From the NCBI GenBank assembly GCA_903813345.2, contig CAIIXF020000001.1, positions 13,516,001-13,580,000 of the forward strand: 64,000 bases of DNA, read 5' to 3'. Source of the stretch: Owenia fusiformis. Lineage: Eukaryota. The notes under the pieces are model-generated. The model did no database searches, was not told the DNA's origin, and saw only the letters and a program-made list of their open reading frames with translations. This document shows positions 10,768 to 22,247 of this stretch, piece by piece. Made by a program: the position numbers and the translations under genes. How positions within the stretch are numbered: the first letter of the stretch is position 1; each line of letters starts with the position of its first letter.

Positions 10768-12507
10768 CTGAAAAAAAATATCATAATATATACATGCATG
10801 AATCAATCACTTAAATTATTTGTACATAAAACAATTCATAGTAACCTTGTTATTATCTATGGAGCCACTCAGTAAAATTACAATTTCTCTGCACCATGAT
10901 GTCCAATCAAGATCATTTGTATTCCTGAGACATTTGGGCATCCAGGAATGACAATGTCGACCCAAAGATTCCAAACTATATTGACATAATTTATGAATGA
11001 AATCAGGAAGAATTGGATGTCATGCATGAATGTCTTTGTAAATTATTATAAATTCAGATTCCGTTGTCATTGATGATATTGAAGACGCTATATTGTGGTG
11101 ATTCACGACCCCATTTGATAGAAATTTCATATAATACATCATCGCACGAGCTTAACGCATGCACGGAATTAGCAACAATAAAGTCCCATGAAACGAGCAC
11201 CAAGTGATAAAAGAGTTGAAGCGACAGTTATGTCCGCCATTTGTGACAACGGTATCTGACTTTACCGTTGTCAGGCTATCCCGCTGTGAGGTAGCAGGAA
11301 ATATAAAATATTGGATTGATCTGATACACAAGAAAGAGTCATGACTTCAAGTTTATAACAGACATGATCCTTCATGTGGCATAACCCAAAGCCATTCATG
11401 TTCATAGCTGAAGTATCATTTTGAAAAGCAAATTATTACAAGGTATTGATTATATTTCTTTGTCTTGTTTATATTCTAAAAGGAAAAGGGGAGAGGAATA
11501 TTGGGGGCTTGAATTTTTCCTAAAAATCCTTTCTCAGAGTTCTTTTAATATATCTCAATAGACCCGTGGGCCAGGCTACATTTGAGCTGTTAAGATCTTA
11601 TTATCACCATAACTATGAAATAGAATCATCTGTAATAGCATTTGCATGTAAAGGAACCTGATTAAACTGAATCCCAGGCTCTAAAATCCGTTTGAAACCA
11701 GAGAATTTTTCATTTTTTGCCAGATTTTGAAATTTTACTAAATATACAGTATATACAGTATGCGATGCTCAGTTTAGTAAAATTAGTCAGCAGAGATCAT
11801 TTCTACACGTTTTAAAACAAATTTTGTGTAAATTGGTTGAAAATTGTTTAAATAAGAGCAATTTTAGTGAAAAATTATGTGACAGATTATCTCATCGCAC
11901 TGGGTTTCAAGGTCATTTCTTAGGTGACAAGAAATCTTGCCACTCTGGGTAGTCAAGAGGCGGAGTAAATACACAGATTGCTGAAAATGGTGACCCTGTA
12001 TAGAAGAAGCAGAAAAACACATGAATTGGTGAGCAGAAAATATGCTGATAAGGCCACAATTGTAGTTTATGTCTGAATCTTATTTCTTAAAACTACATTT
12101 TTTAAACACTTTGGATACTACCTGGAACTAACAGAGAAGCACACTGAGACATTGTTCTACTTAATTAATTCCTATAAGACATTACTGTAGAAACTCATCA
12201 CCCAGGATTAAGTTAATGATAAAAAGCTGTATGTATTTCAATCATTTTATTCTGAACTTTGCCACAATTCATTTTACTTATTGTAAGTAATACTGATTTT
12301 TTTGTTTTTGTGGTATGTCAGTGAATGAAATAATAAAATTAATTGGGAAAATCAATTGAGGTTACTGCTAAGAATTATTTAAAGGGTTTGAAAATAATAC
12401 TGTATGAAACTAAAAAAACACTTTAAGGCGCTATGCAAAGTAACTTATCTCAGGTAAACTGAGATAATTTAAATGCCTTGAATGCTTATCTATGGTACTG
12501 TAACCAA

Positions 12508-13796
12508 ACTAGAAAAACAGCAACTCCACGGAGTAGCAAATCCCACCGAACAAAACATATTATGCTTATTATAGCTTGTGTAAGTGTTAAAATGTTTGTG
12601 CACTTTGTGATAGAAGCATGAAATTTGGCACAAAGTTAGTTTATACCATTGTGAACTAGGCATCATCATATAAAATTTGAACCAAATCCGTTCACTGGTA
12701 TATGAGTTATCAAAGATTACGTTTTTTGCGAAAATTGGCCGCCATCTTGAAAATTATTTCTTGAACAGAGCTACTGTGTCCCTAGGCATAATCATATAAA
12801 ATTTCAACCAAATCTGTTCACTGGTACTGTATTTGAGTTATCAAAGATTACGTTTTTACTAAGAATTGCCGCTATTTTGAAATTAAGCGGCCATCTTGAA
12901 AAATTTTTGTCGAACATAGCTACTGTGTCCCTAAGCATCATCATATAAAATTTGAACCAAATCCGTTCACTGGTATTTGAGTCATCAAAGATTAAATATT
13001 TTTACGAAAAATGGCCGCCATTTTGAAATTAAGCGGCCATCTTGAAAATCTCATTTTTGTGCGAAACTCCTTTGTCCCTAGGCATCAGCGTATAAAATTT
13101 GAACCAAATCTGTTCACTGGTATATGAGTTATCAAAGATTACGTTTTTTACGAAAATTGGCGGCCATCTTGAAATTCAGCCACCATCTTGAAAATTATTT
13201 CTTGAACAGAGCTACTGTGTCCCTAGGCATTATCATATAAAATTTCAACAAAATCTGTTCACTAGTATTTGAGTTATCAAAGATTACGTTTTTTACGAAA
13301 AATTGCCGCCATTTTGAAATAAAGCGGCCATCTTGAAATTTGTTGTCGAACATAGCAACTGTGTCCCTAAGCATCATCATATGAAATTTGAATCAAATCC
13401 GTTCACTGGTATTTGAGTTATCAAAGATTACATATTTTTACGAAAAATGGCCGCCATTTTGAAATTAAGCGGCCATCTTGAAAATCTCTTTTTGTGCGAA
13501 ACTCCTTTGTCCCTAGGCATCAGTATATAAAATTTGAACCAAATCCGTCAACTTGTATTTGAGTTATTAAAGATTACATTTTTTACGAAAAATGGCGGCC
13601 ATTTTGAATTCAGTGGCCATATTGAAAATTCCTTCTCGAGCAGAGGTCCTACACCCATAAGGCATAAGCCTATAAAATTTGAATCAAATCCGTGAAACGG
13701 TATTTGAGTTATCGCCCGGACAAACAGACGGACGGACGGACGGATGGACGGACGGCTTTCCTATATCCCTCTCGAACTTCGTTCGGTGGAATAATA
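12508..13796 (-). mobile_element. Helentron/DINE-1-like non-autonomous element (HINE) with internal tandem array
   Basis: Minus-strand 3' hairpin gctactcc-gt-ggagttgc followed by CTAG; subterminal IRs tcccaccgaac / gttcggtggaa; (GACG)n microsatellite near 13728-13755; internal ~115-150-bp tandem subunits. Confidence 0.75.
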
Positions 13797-13828
13797 ACAC
13801 CACAAATGTCATACATTATTGTGCTTAC

Positions 13829-13936
13829 CATGATACTGGCAGGGTCCAACTCAGACAGATTGATGTCGTGAATGTTAGGGTAACGTGGATACAATCTTGT
13901 CAACTCCTCATAGCTGAGCCTCGTTTGATTGTTACC
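13829..13936 (-). CDS. CLCN6: CLCN6 exon 20 (GNNQTRLSYEELTRLYPRYPNIHDINLSELDPASIM)
   Basis: RLSY...YPRYPxIHD motif; tttgcag| and |gtaagc. Confidence 0.95.
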
Positions 13937-14105
13937 CTGCAAAATCAAAATTTGAATGGATGAATAAATGAATAAAATCAGTTTGCATCCCATGTAATGA
14001 TAATGAGTTTTTGGTTTCCAGATTACATAGGCCAGTTATGGTTAAGAAAAGATTGATAATCATCCATAATATCCTGAAAAATGAATAAATATATGAAAAA
14101 TATTA

Positions 14106-15303
14106 ACTAGATAACGGCAACTCCGCTGAGTAGCAAATCCCAACGAACAAAATATCAATTAGCGAATTCCAATCAATTATACTCATTACTTTGGTTAAAA
14201 TTGAAAAAATTAGATTTTAGAATTGCGAATTCCTGCAAAGCAGCCATTTTGAATTTTCTGAGATACAAATCTGAAAAATAATACCATAATTGTGATCTAC
14301 TCCAAAAGTCCTTCAATTTGAGTATAATATAGCCATACTTTGAAGGGATCGAAAAATTATTGCGAAATCGTACATTAGACGGCCATTTTGAATTTTACGA
14401 GGCTCGAATCATAAAAAAGATACAATATTTGCAATCTACTCTTAATTGCCTTTCATTTGAGTATAATAAAGCAGTATACTTTAGAAAGATCTAAAAATTA
14501 GCGAAAATTTCTGTTTTCCTGTCCCCCCATACACGGCCCCTGGGGGTCAGGATGAAAAACACGGAATATATGTGAAATAGATAAATGTTGTGAATATACT
14601 ACCAAAATTTCAAACAATAATATTAATTACTTTGGTTCAGAATGAAAAATTTATGATTTTTGCGAAAAAGTCCCGTCATTTTTAAAGCGTAAAACTATTC
14701 ACCAATATACATCTTTCCACTAAATATGAAGAAAATCTTAGTCAGATTTGAATTTCTGAGAACTTGTAGATGATTTTGAAAAAAATTGGTCAATTTGAAG
14801 CAAGATGAAAAAAGACCTTTTCGACCTTGAGAATGTCATTGAAGGTCAAATCTTTTTTGACCTTGAGAAGGTCATTGAAGGTCAAATAATAGTCAGATTT
14901 GAATGAGTGGTCAATTTGAAGCAAGTTAAATAAAGACCTTTTTTACCTTGAGAAGGTCATTGAAGGTCAAATATCAAATCTAAAGTCAGATTTGAACTTC
15001 TGGTAATTTGTAGATGATAATTGGTCAATTTGAAGCAAGTTGAAAAATACCTTTTTGACCTTTTTTGACCTTGAAAGGGTCATTAAAGGTCACATCTTAA
15101 ATATAAAGTCAGATAAAGTCAGATTTGAATTTCTGGAAACATGTAGATGATTCTGAAAAATTGAAGTCAGTCTAAACAGTATTTGTTCTGTTATTGGAAG
15201 TTGTAAGAATTTGTTACAGACGCCGATCGCCAACCACCAACCGCCGTCAAAAAAAACTGGACACATAACAATATGTCACCACTTTTTGGTGGTGACATAA
15301 TAA
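14106..15303 (-). mobile_element. Second Helentron/HINE-like element
   Basis: Same aactag...gcaactcc..gagtagcaaatccca.cgaac terminus; internal gaccttgagaaggtcattgaaggtcaa repeats; terminal hairpin tgtcaccac-ttttt-ggtggtgaca. Confidence 0.65.
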
Positions 15304-15941
15304 TAAACCATCAGAAATTACAGAATTACCAATATTTTTTTTAAATCTGACACATTTTTGAAATAAGATACATTTTAAATGACAATTTGCTTAAAGCACT
15401 CATAGAGTGCATAAATTCCCCCATTTAGCATTTCGCAGGGGTCAAGGGCTTGATGTACTAATTCTTCAGCAACATTTTCAGTGCCTTTTTTGTGTTTAAT
15501 CATGCCACAGCTTTCAATAATGTGATAATGATATCTCATTATATCTTTTCTATCAGGCACTCAAAACATTTCTGAAATTATCTGTAATGGAATCTTTACT
15601 ATTCATTTACAATTTCAATTGCCAATAATGTTGTCCTGTCAACAATGGCAATTTGTATATATGTAACTGATTGATTTTTAGAAATAAATGTGAATTATGT
15701 AAAAAAACAAAAAAAACTATTCTTTTACATCACTAAGATAACTGGAGTGATTTGTGCTTCAAACATCAGCGGTGAAACCAGAATGAATATTTTAAAATCA
15801 ACCCAATTTTTTTTTCTACATCGATTCAGAATTTTACCTGACAAGTGATATTTTTAATTATATTTGAATCAAAATATTTTCTTAATCTCATTCGATCCCT
15901 GATTTACCCTAGAAGGGTATATATTCCCCCAAACCCTAATC

Positions 15942-16503
15942 CACCCTATGCTTAGTGAGCGGAGCTAATTTCAAGGGTGATAGTAAGACGAGGCATGGCG
16001 CCCAAAAACCAAAGAATATTAGTACCATAATCTTTTAAGTCGTATTATTGCAGCATAAGGTGGTGATGTTGTGATATTTTATGCTGTTTTAGAAGTGTAA
16101 GATGTTAAACTATGCATACCGTTTGTTTTACATCCAATAAAACGAATATTTAAGATGAAACAGTCGTTTAAAGATACAATTTGAATTTACCGCAAGAAAT
16201 TACAACCTAATATTGTCAATATGTCAATAATTCCTGATCGATGTCACATATAAAGATATATGTACCTAGATATGTTTTATTTTTTCATATATGCGAAATA
16301 AGGCGGTCTCTGGTTATGTACATCCAATACAAAATAAATGTTTACGAGAGTGTCTATTCGGCGATCAGAATTTCGATGACGAGCAATGGCGATGTAATTT
16401 GCGAAGAAAGCATCAGTGCACCTAGTTACAGGCCAGGTTTGGGCGCCATGCCTCGTCTTTACCATCACCCTTGAAATTAGCTCCGCTCACTAAGCATAGG
16501 GTG
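15942..16503. mobile_element. MITE with CAC-starting ~65-bp TIRs and 5-bp TSD (Transib-like)
   Basis: TIR caccctatgcttagtgagcggagctaatttcaagggtgat / reverse complement; TSD taatc at 15937-15941 and 16504-16508. Confidence 0.85.
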
Positions 16504-16813
16504 TAATCCTACTGGCAAACTTGAAAATATTCCTCTTTTGTAAACGATCAGCTCTTAAATTATTGTTTAAATTGGCACACGTTTTTTAAATATCCTTAAG
16601 CATTGGTTGAACATGTAAATATTAGAATTTTTATCTCATATTATACATTCAAGTCATTTGGTCAGATTTCTCTGTGATGATTACTTTAGTATGTTAATTC
16701 CAGAATTGAGCTATCTACTTATCACTGGTATCAGCATTATATAGGAGGAATATATACTAATGTCTCCATGTTTGTATCTAAGGACTTCTCCTTGGCAATG
16801 TAGAGTTAAAGGG

Positions 16814-16902
16814 TGACGCATATCGTTTAGCAAATCGAACGCTCGTTTCTGGTGTTGCTCACCGTTTAGTATAAAAGGCCCGATCCCGGAATAATACTCA
16901 AG
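16814..16902 (+). promoter_or_regulatory. Candidate Pol II promoter (CRE-like TGACGCA, TATAAAAG, Inr-like)
   Basis: TGACGCA at 16814-16820, TATAAAAG at 16870-16877, tactca about 30 nt downstream, in locally CpG-richer sequence. Confidence 0.35.
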
Positions 16903-19900
16903 GGTTCACAGGTTCGAGATCGTTGTGTCAACACCTCTAACTGTTATATAGCATAAGTATATTATAGATCGTCACACATTTATAAAAGGGTGATTTTATT
17001 TTGACAAATCAATTCCACATTTATGGATGAAGTTTCAGGAATTTCTATTTGTGTATAATAAGGAAAAATTGGCATCTAAATTTCCCCATAACGTTATAGC
17101 ACACAGCTTGGCATATGAAATATCCTACAAATGAAACAAAGCAAGACAAACCGGTTTCTAATACAAGGATTTATATTGGCTGTTGTACATGTATTCTTTG
17201 AACGCAATCACTCTTTGGATAACGTTTTCAAAATCACTATAAACGGATTACTTTATCTCAAAGACAATTTCAATAAACTGGATTTTACAGAACTCCCCTT
17301 ATTTCTTAAAAATGGACTGATCCAGTTAATTCGCCTGGAGCCGCCATATTGTTTTTATACGGGATGCTCATCGGAACCCTTTAAGCATGGAGCCAATGAC
17401 CTTTATTTATATAACACATCAGAAATCACCCACATTATCCAACTAGAGTAACATTAACTGTGAGGTCAGAGTAGTAAGGGTCACAAGGTTATGGAAGGTC
17501 AAGGTCATTAACAGATGAATTTCACCAAAAGGTCAAATGTGAGACATTGAAATTCTGATTTTCATATACTGTATCTTTCAACCTGTGTCATTTGTGAATC
17601 TACTTAGGTCAGAAAGGTGAAAGGACAAGTCTCGGTTTGGAGAACAGTCTCCTGGGCTAATCATTATTTTCATGAAAAATATAGAAACATCACCCAAATT
17701 AAATTATGATTATTTAAAAGAAGACATTTAAATCTACAAGATGTAAAATTATCAAAATTGTCCGAAGCAGGCATATTGTGTAGTAGACCGATTCAATAAA
17801 AGACAAGTCTTGATTTGAAGAAAGAAGTTCATCAGTGTACTGCGCTAATATTTTTTTTGATGAAAAATATAGAAATATCATCCAAAATTAATAATGAATA
17901 CTCAAAAGAGGACATTTGAATCTACAATATGTAAAAATATCAAAATTGTCCAAAGCAGGCGTAACAGTGAGCAGACTGATGAACTTCATTCTCCAAACCG
18001 AGACTAGTATTTTATAGGTAAAGATGAATGTTGAATATGACTTTAAGCTCCCTATGGTATCATGCTATCCTAATGGATAATATCCTAATACACCGGAATA
18101 GCCTGACAACGGTAAAGTCAGATACCGTTGTCACAAATGGCAGACATAACTGTCGTTTCGATTAGATTTTCATGAACTGCATGTTTAATAGAGCACCTAG
18201 ACTAAATTCCTTTGGAACAACAATCAATCAAAGTGTCCTAATACTCATTGTACAGTTAATAATCTTCTACCATCGAAATAAAGTATTTAATTTAACCGAT
18301 CAAAATGAGATACGGGACAATGGACACGGTAATTACCATATGCTGTTGTCTTTCTAAATTACTCAAATTCAGATTCCATTGTCATTGACAATATCAAAGA
18401 CGCTATATTGTGGCGATTCATGACCCAATTTGATTGAAATTGGGATTTCATATGAAACATCATCACAAGAGCTTAATGCATGTACAGAATTAGCGACAAT
18501 AAAATCCCATGAAATGAGGACCAAGTGATTAAACAGTTGAATCGAAGGTTGTCACAGATGGCGAACATAACCGTCGCTTCAACTGTTTAATCACTTGGTC
18601 CTCAGTTCATGGGATTTTAATGTCGCTAATTCTGTGAATGTATTAAGCTCTTGTGATGATGTTTCAAATGAAATCCCAATTTCAATCAAATTGGGTCATA
18701 AATCACCACAATATAGCATCTTCGATATCATCAATGACAATGGAATCTGAATTTGAGTAATTTAGAAAGACAACAGCATATTGTATGTAATTACAGTGTC
18801 CGTTGTCCCGTATCTCATTTTGATCGGTTAAATTAAAGACTATATTTCGATGGTAGAACATTATTAACTGTACAATGAGTATTAAGACACTCTGATTGAT
18901 TATTGTTCCAAAGGAATTTAGTCTAGGTGTTCTATTAAAGGACAACTGAAATAGCTTTTCTCAACTTGCAGCGACAAAAATGTGGTTTTCTCCATTGTAA
19001 GCCCAATGTAGAGTTCTTTAACTGTGAGGTCAGAGTAGTAAGGGTCACTAGGTTATCGAAGGTCATGGTCATTAACAGATGAATTTCACCAAAAGGTCAA
19101 ATGTGAGACATTGAAATTCTGATTTTCATATACTGTATCTTTCAACCTGTGTCATTTGTGAATCTACTTAGGTCAGAAAGGTGAAAGGACAAGTCTCGGT
19201 TTGGAGAACAGTCTCCTGAGCTAATCATTATTTTCATGAAAAATATAGAAACATCACCCAAATTAAATTTTGATTATTCAAAAGAGGACATTTAAATCTA
19301 CAAGATGTAAAATTTTCAAAATTGTCCGAAGCAGGCATATTGTGTAGTAGACCGATTCAATAAGACACAAGTCTTGATTTGAAGAAAGAAGTTCATCAGT
19401 GTACTGCGCTTATATTTTTTTGATGAAAAATATAGAAATATCATCCAAAATAAATAACGAATATTCAAAAGAGGACATTTGAATCTACAATATGTAAAAA
19501 TATCAAAATTGTCCAAAGCAGGCGTAACAGTGAGCAGACTGATGAACTTCATTCTCCAAACCGAGACTAATCTTTTATAGGTAAAGATGAATGTTGAATA
19601 TGACTTTAAGCTCCCTATGGTATCATGCCATCCTAATGGGAGCTGGGACTTGTATAGATGAAAGTTCACTAATTTTCTCCACATATGTTGTTGTTTTTCT
19701 TCACATCTGTCCCATTGGTTTATGTGTAAATATTGCAGTATTAAAACAATAGAATTGACATTTTCTCTTCAAATTATTCATAAGCATGTTTTAAAATTGA
19801 ATATCATAAGGTTTGGATATTTTCATTGACATTTGTCTTGAGAGATTCAACCCACTAAATTGTCTGACAGTCTTTAAGTACACCGGAATAGCCTGACAAC

Positions 19901-20661
19901 AGTAAAGTCAGATACCGTTGTCACAAATGGCGGTTGGGAACAACAATCAATCAGAGTGTCTTAATACTCATTGTACAGTTAATAATCTTCTACCATCGAA
20001 ATAAAGTCTTTAATTTAACCTATCAAAATGAGATACGGGACAATGGACACGGTAATTACCATATGCTGTTGTCTTTCTAAATTACTCAAATTCAGATTCC
20101 ATTGTCATTGACAATATCAAAGACGCTATATTGTGGCGATTCATGACCCAATTTGATTGAAATTGGGATTTCATATGAAACATCATCACAAGAGCTTAAT
20201 GCATGTACAGAATTAGCGACAATAAAATCCCATGAAATGAGGACCAAGTGATTAAACAGTTGAATCGAAGGTTGTCACAGATGGCGAACATAACCGTCGC
20301 TTCAACTGTTTAATCACTTGGTCCTCAGTTCATGGGATTTTAATGTCGCTAATTCTGTGAATGTATTAAGCTCTTGTGATGATGTTTCAAATGAAATCCC
20401 AATTTCAATCAAATTGGGTCATAAATCACCACAATATAGCATCTTCGATATCATCAATGACAATGGAATCTGAATTTGAGTAATTTAGAAAGACAACAGC
20501 ATATTGTATGTAATTACAGTGTCCGTTGTCCCGTATCTCATTTTGATCGGTTAATTTAAAGACTATATTTCGATGGTAGAACATTATTAACTGTACAATG
20601 AGTATTAAGACACTCTGATTGATTATTGTTCCAAAGGAATTTAGTCTAGGTGTTCTATTAA

Positions 20662-22247
20662 AGGAATATTCCTTGCCAGACCCTTTCTCTCTTGATATGG
20701 TAGCTATAATCATATATATAGTTTCCATATTTAGCAAAACAAGGGAAAATGTTTTAATATGGTCAATATTGATTATATAAAAATCTAGTGCTTATTTCCA
20801 GTGAGCTGCCATCTTTTAAGATTTCTTGCAGGAAGTGATGTCATCAACTCTCCACTTCTATAACCATGCCCATAACAGTATAGGAAAGTAGCACAAAATC
20901 ACTTCTAGACAAGTGATCATTAATTTCTGGGCAAAAATATTTTCAGGGCTTGTCAACTTAGAATAAAAGAAGAGATTTTCGGAAGGATTAAATAAGATAC
21001 AAAGTTGAAAAAGAATATTTAGCTGGTTTTGTAATTCTTAATAGCTCCTCACCTAATGCTATATGCAAAGTTGAGAGTCGATGACATCACTTCCTGTGTG
21101 AAATTTTAAAAGATGGCAGCTTACTGGAATTGAGCATCACATTTCTAAGTGATCAAATTTGACCATATCAAAACATTTTTGCGTGTTTTGCTAAACATGG
21201 CAAGCATATACAGGGTGTCTCAAAAAAATGTACCCAAAAGTGTATCAAGAGCACAGATAAACCAATCAATATTTTCAGACATTTTTTGCATGGTCATGTA
21301 GCCAAAACATGAAAGTTTTCTCCCCAATACACCATTTTTATTTCAGTCTTGTCTTCTTGATGCTTTAACCCTTTACCTTTTACACCACAAAATTGATGTA
21401 ACCTCATATTTCGATGACAGCCTGTATCCTTACTGCTACATTGTTCATCACATTTGATAATAATTCCGGTGAAATGTTTTGGATTTCTCTTTGGATGTTG
21501 CCCTTAAGTTGTTCTCGGTCTTTTTGCTTCGAATGAGCATTAAAACACTCCTTTAAATAGCCACAGAGAAAGATGTTTGAGGATGACGATGGCAGAAAAA
21601 ACACAGATATTCAGGTCAATTATCGGGAAATGATTCAGGAGCTACCTTCCAGAGTTAGGCAGGCTAGCCTGGAGACCAAATGAAAACACAGTGCTCTCAA
21701 ATTGATACACACAACAAAAGCTACACTAGAATCCCAACCAATGCAGTTTCTTGAACCTCTGACCTCTCTGTATAAGGGGGCTATAAGACATTGTGAGGGC
21801 CTCTCTATTCACCATATTTGACGGCCCATACTTTTTTCTCTGAGGCTATTTGAAGGAGCATTTTTATGCTAAACCCAAGCTAAGAGACCTATAACAACTT
21901 AAGACCAGCATCCGAACAGAAATCAAAACATTCCACCAGAAATATCAAATGTGATGAACAATGTAGTAGTAAGGATGCAGACTGTCATCGAAATATGAGG
22001 TTACATTGAATATGTGGTGCAAAAGATAACGGGTCAAAGTATCAAAAAGGCAGAACTGAATTAAAAACTGTGTACAGGGAAAAGAAACTTTCATCTTTTA
22101 TCTACAAGACCATGCAAAAAATGTCTGAAAAAAGTGATTGGTTTGTCTATGGTGTTGATATACTTTTGGGTACATTTTTTTGAGACACCCTATATATGGT
22201 TATAGCTACCATATGAGGAGAGAGATGGTTTGGCAAGGAATATTCCT
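20662..22247. mobile_element. TTAA-specific MITE (Kolobok/piggyBac-type)
   Basis: ttaa|aggaatattccttgcc...ggcaaggaatattcct|ttaa; the paralogous empty site ctattaaaggacaactg lies at ~18932-18948. Confidence 0.85.
21211..22192. mobile_element. Tc1/mariner-derived palindromic element with transposase C-terminal remnants, nested in the TTAA element
   Basis: ta|cagggtgtctcaaaaaaatgtacccaaaag TIR and its complement; remnant FLCGYLKE...LKGNIQREIQNISPELLSNVMNNVAVRIQAVIE (21404-21604, -) with an inverted copy near 21830-22010. Confidence 0.8.

Noticed and set aside
17131-17451. 106-aa ORF
   Set aside because: No recognisable domain or splice context; composition typical of AT-rich intron.
18172-20737. 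Repeated ORFs (FNRxPRLNSFGT...) on both strands
   Set aside because: By-products of the palindromic, duplicated repeat, not a gene family.
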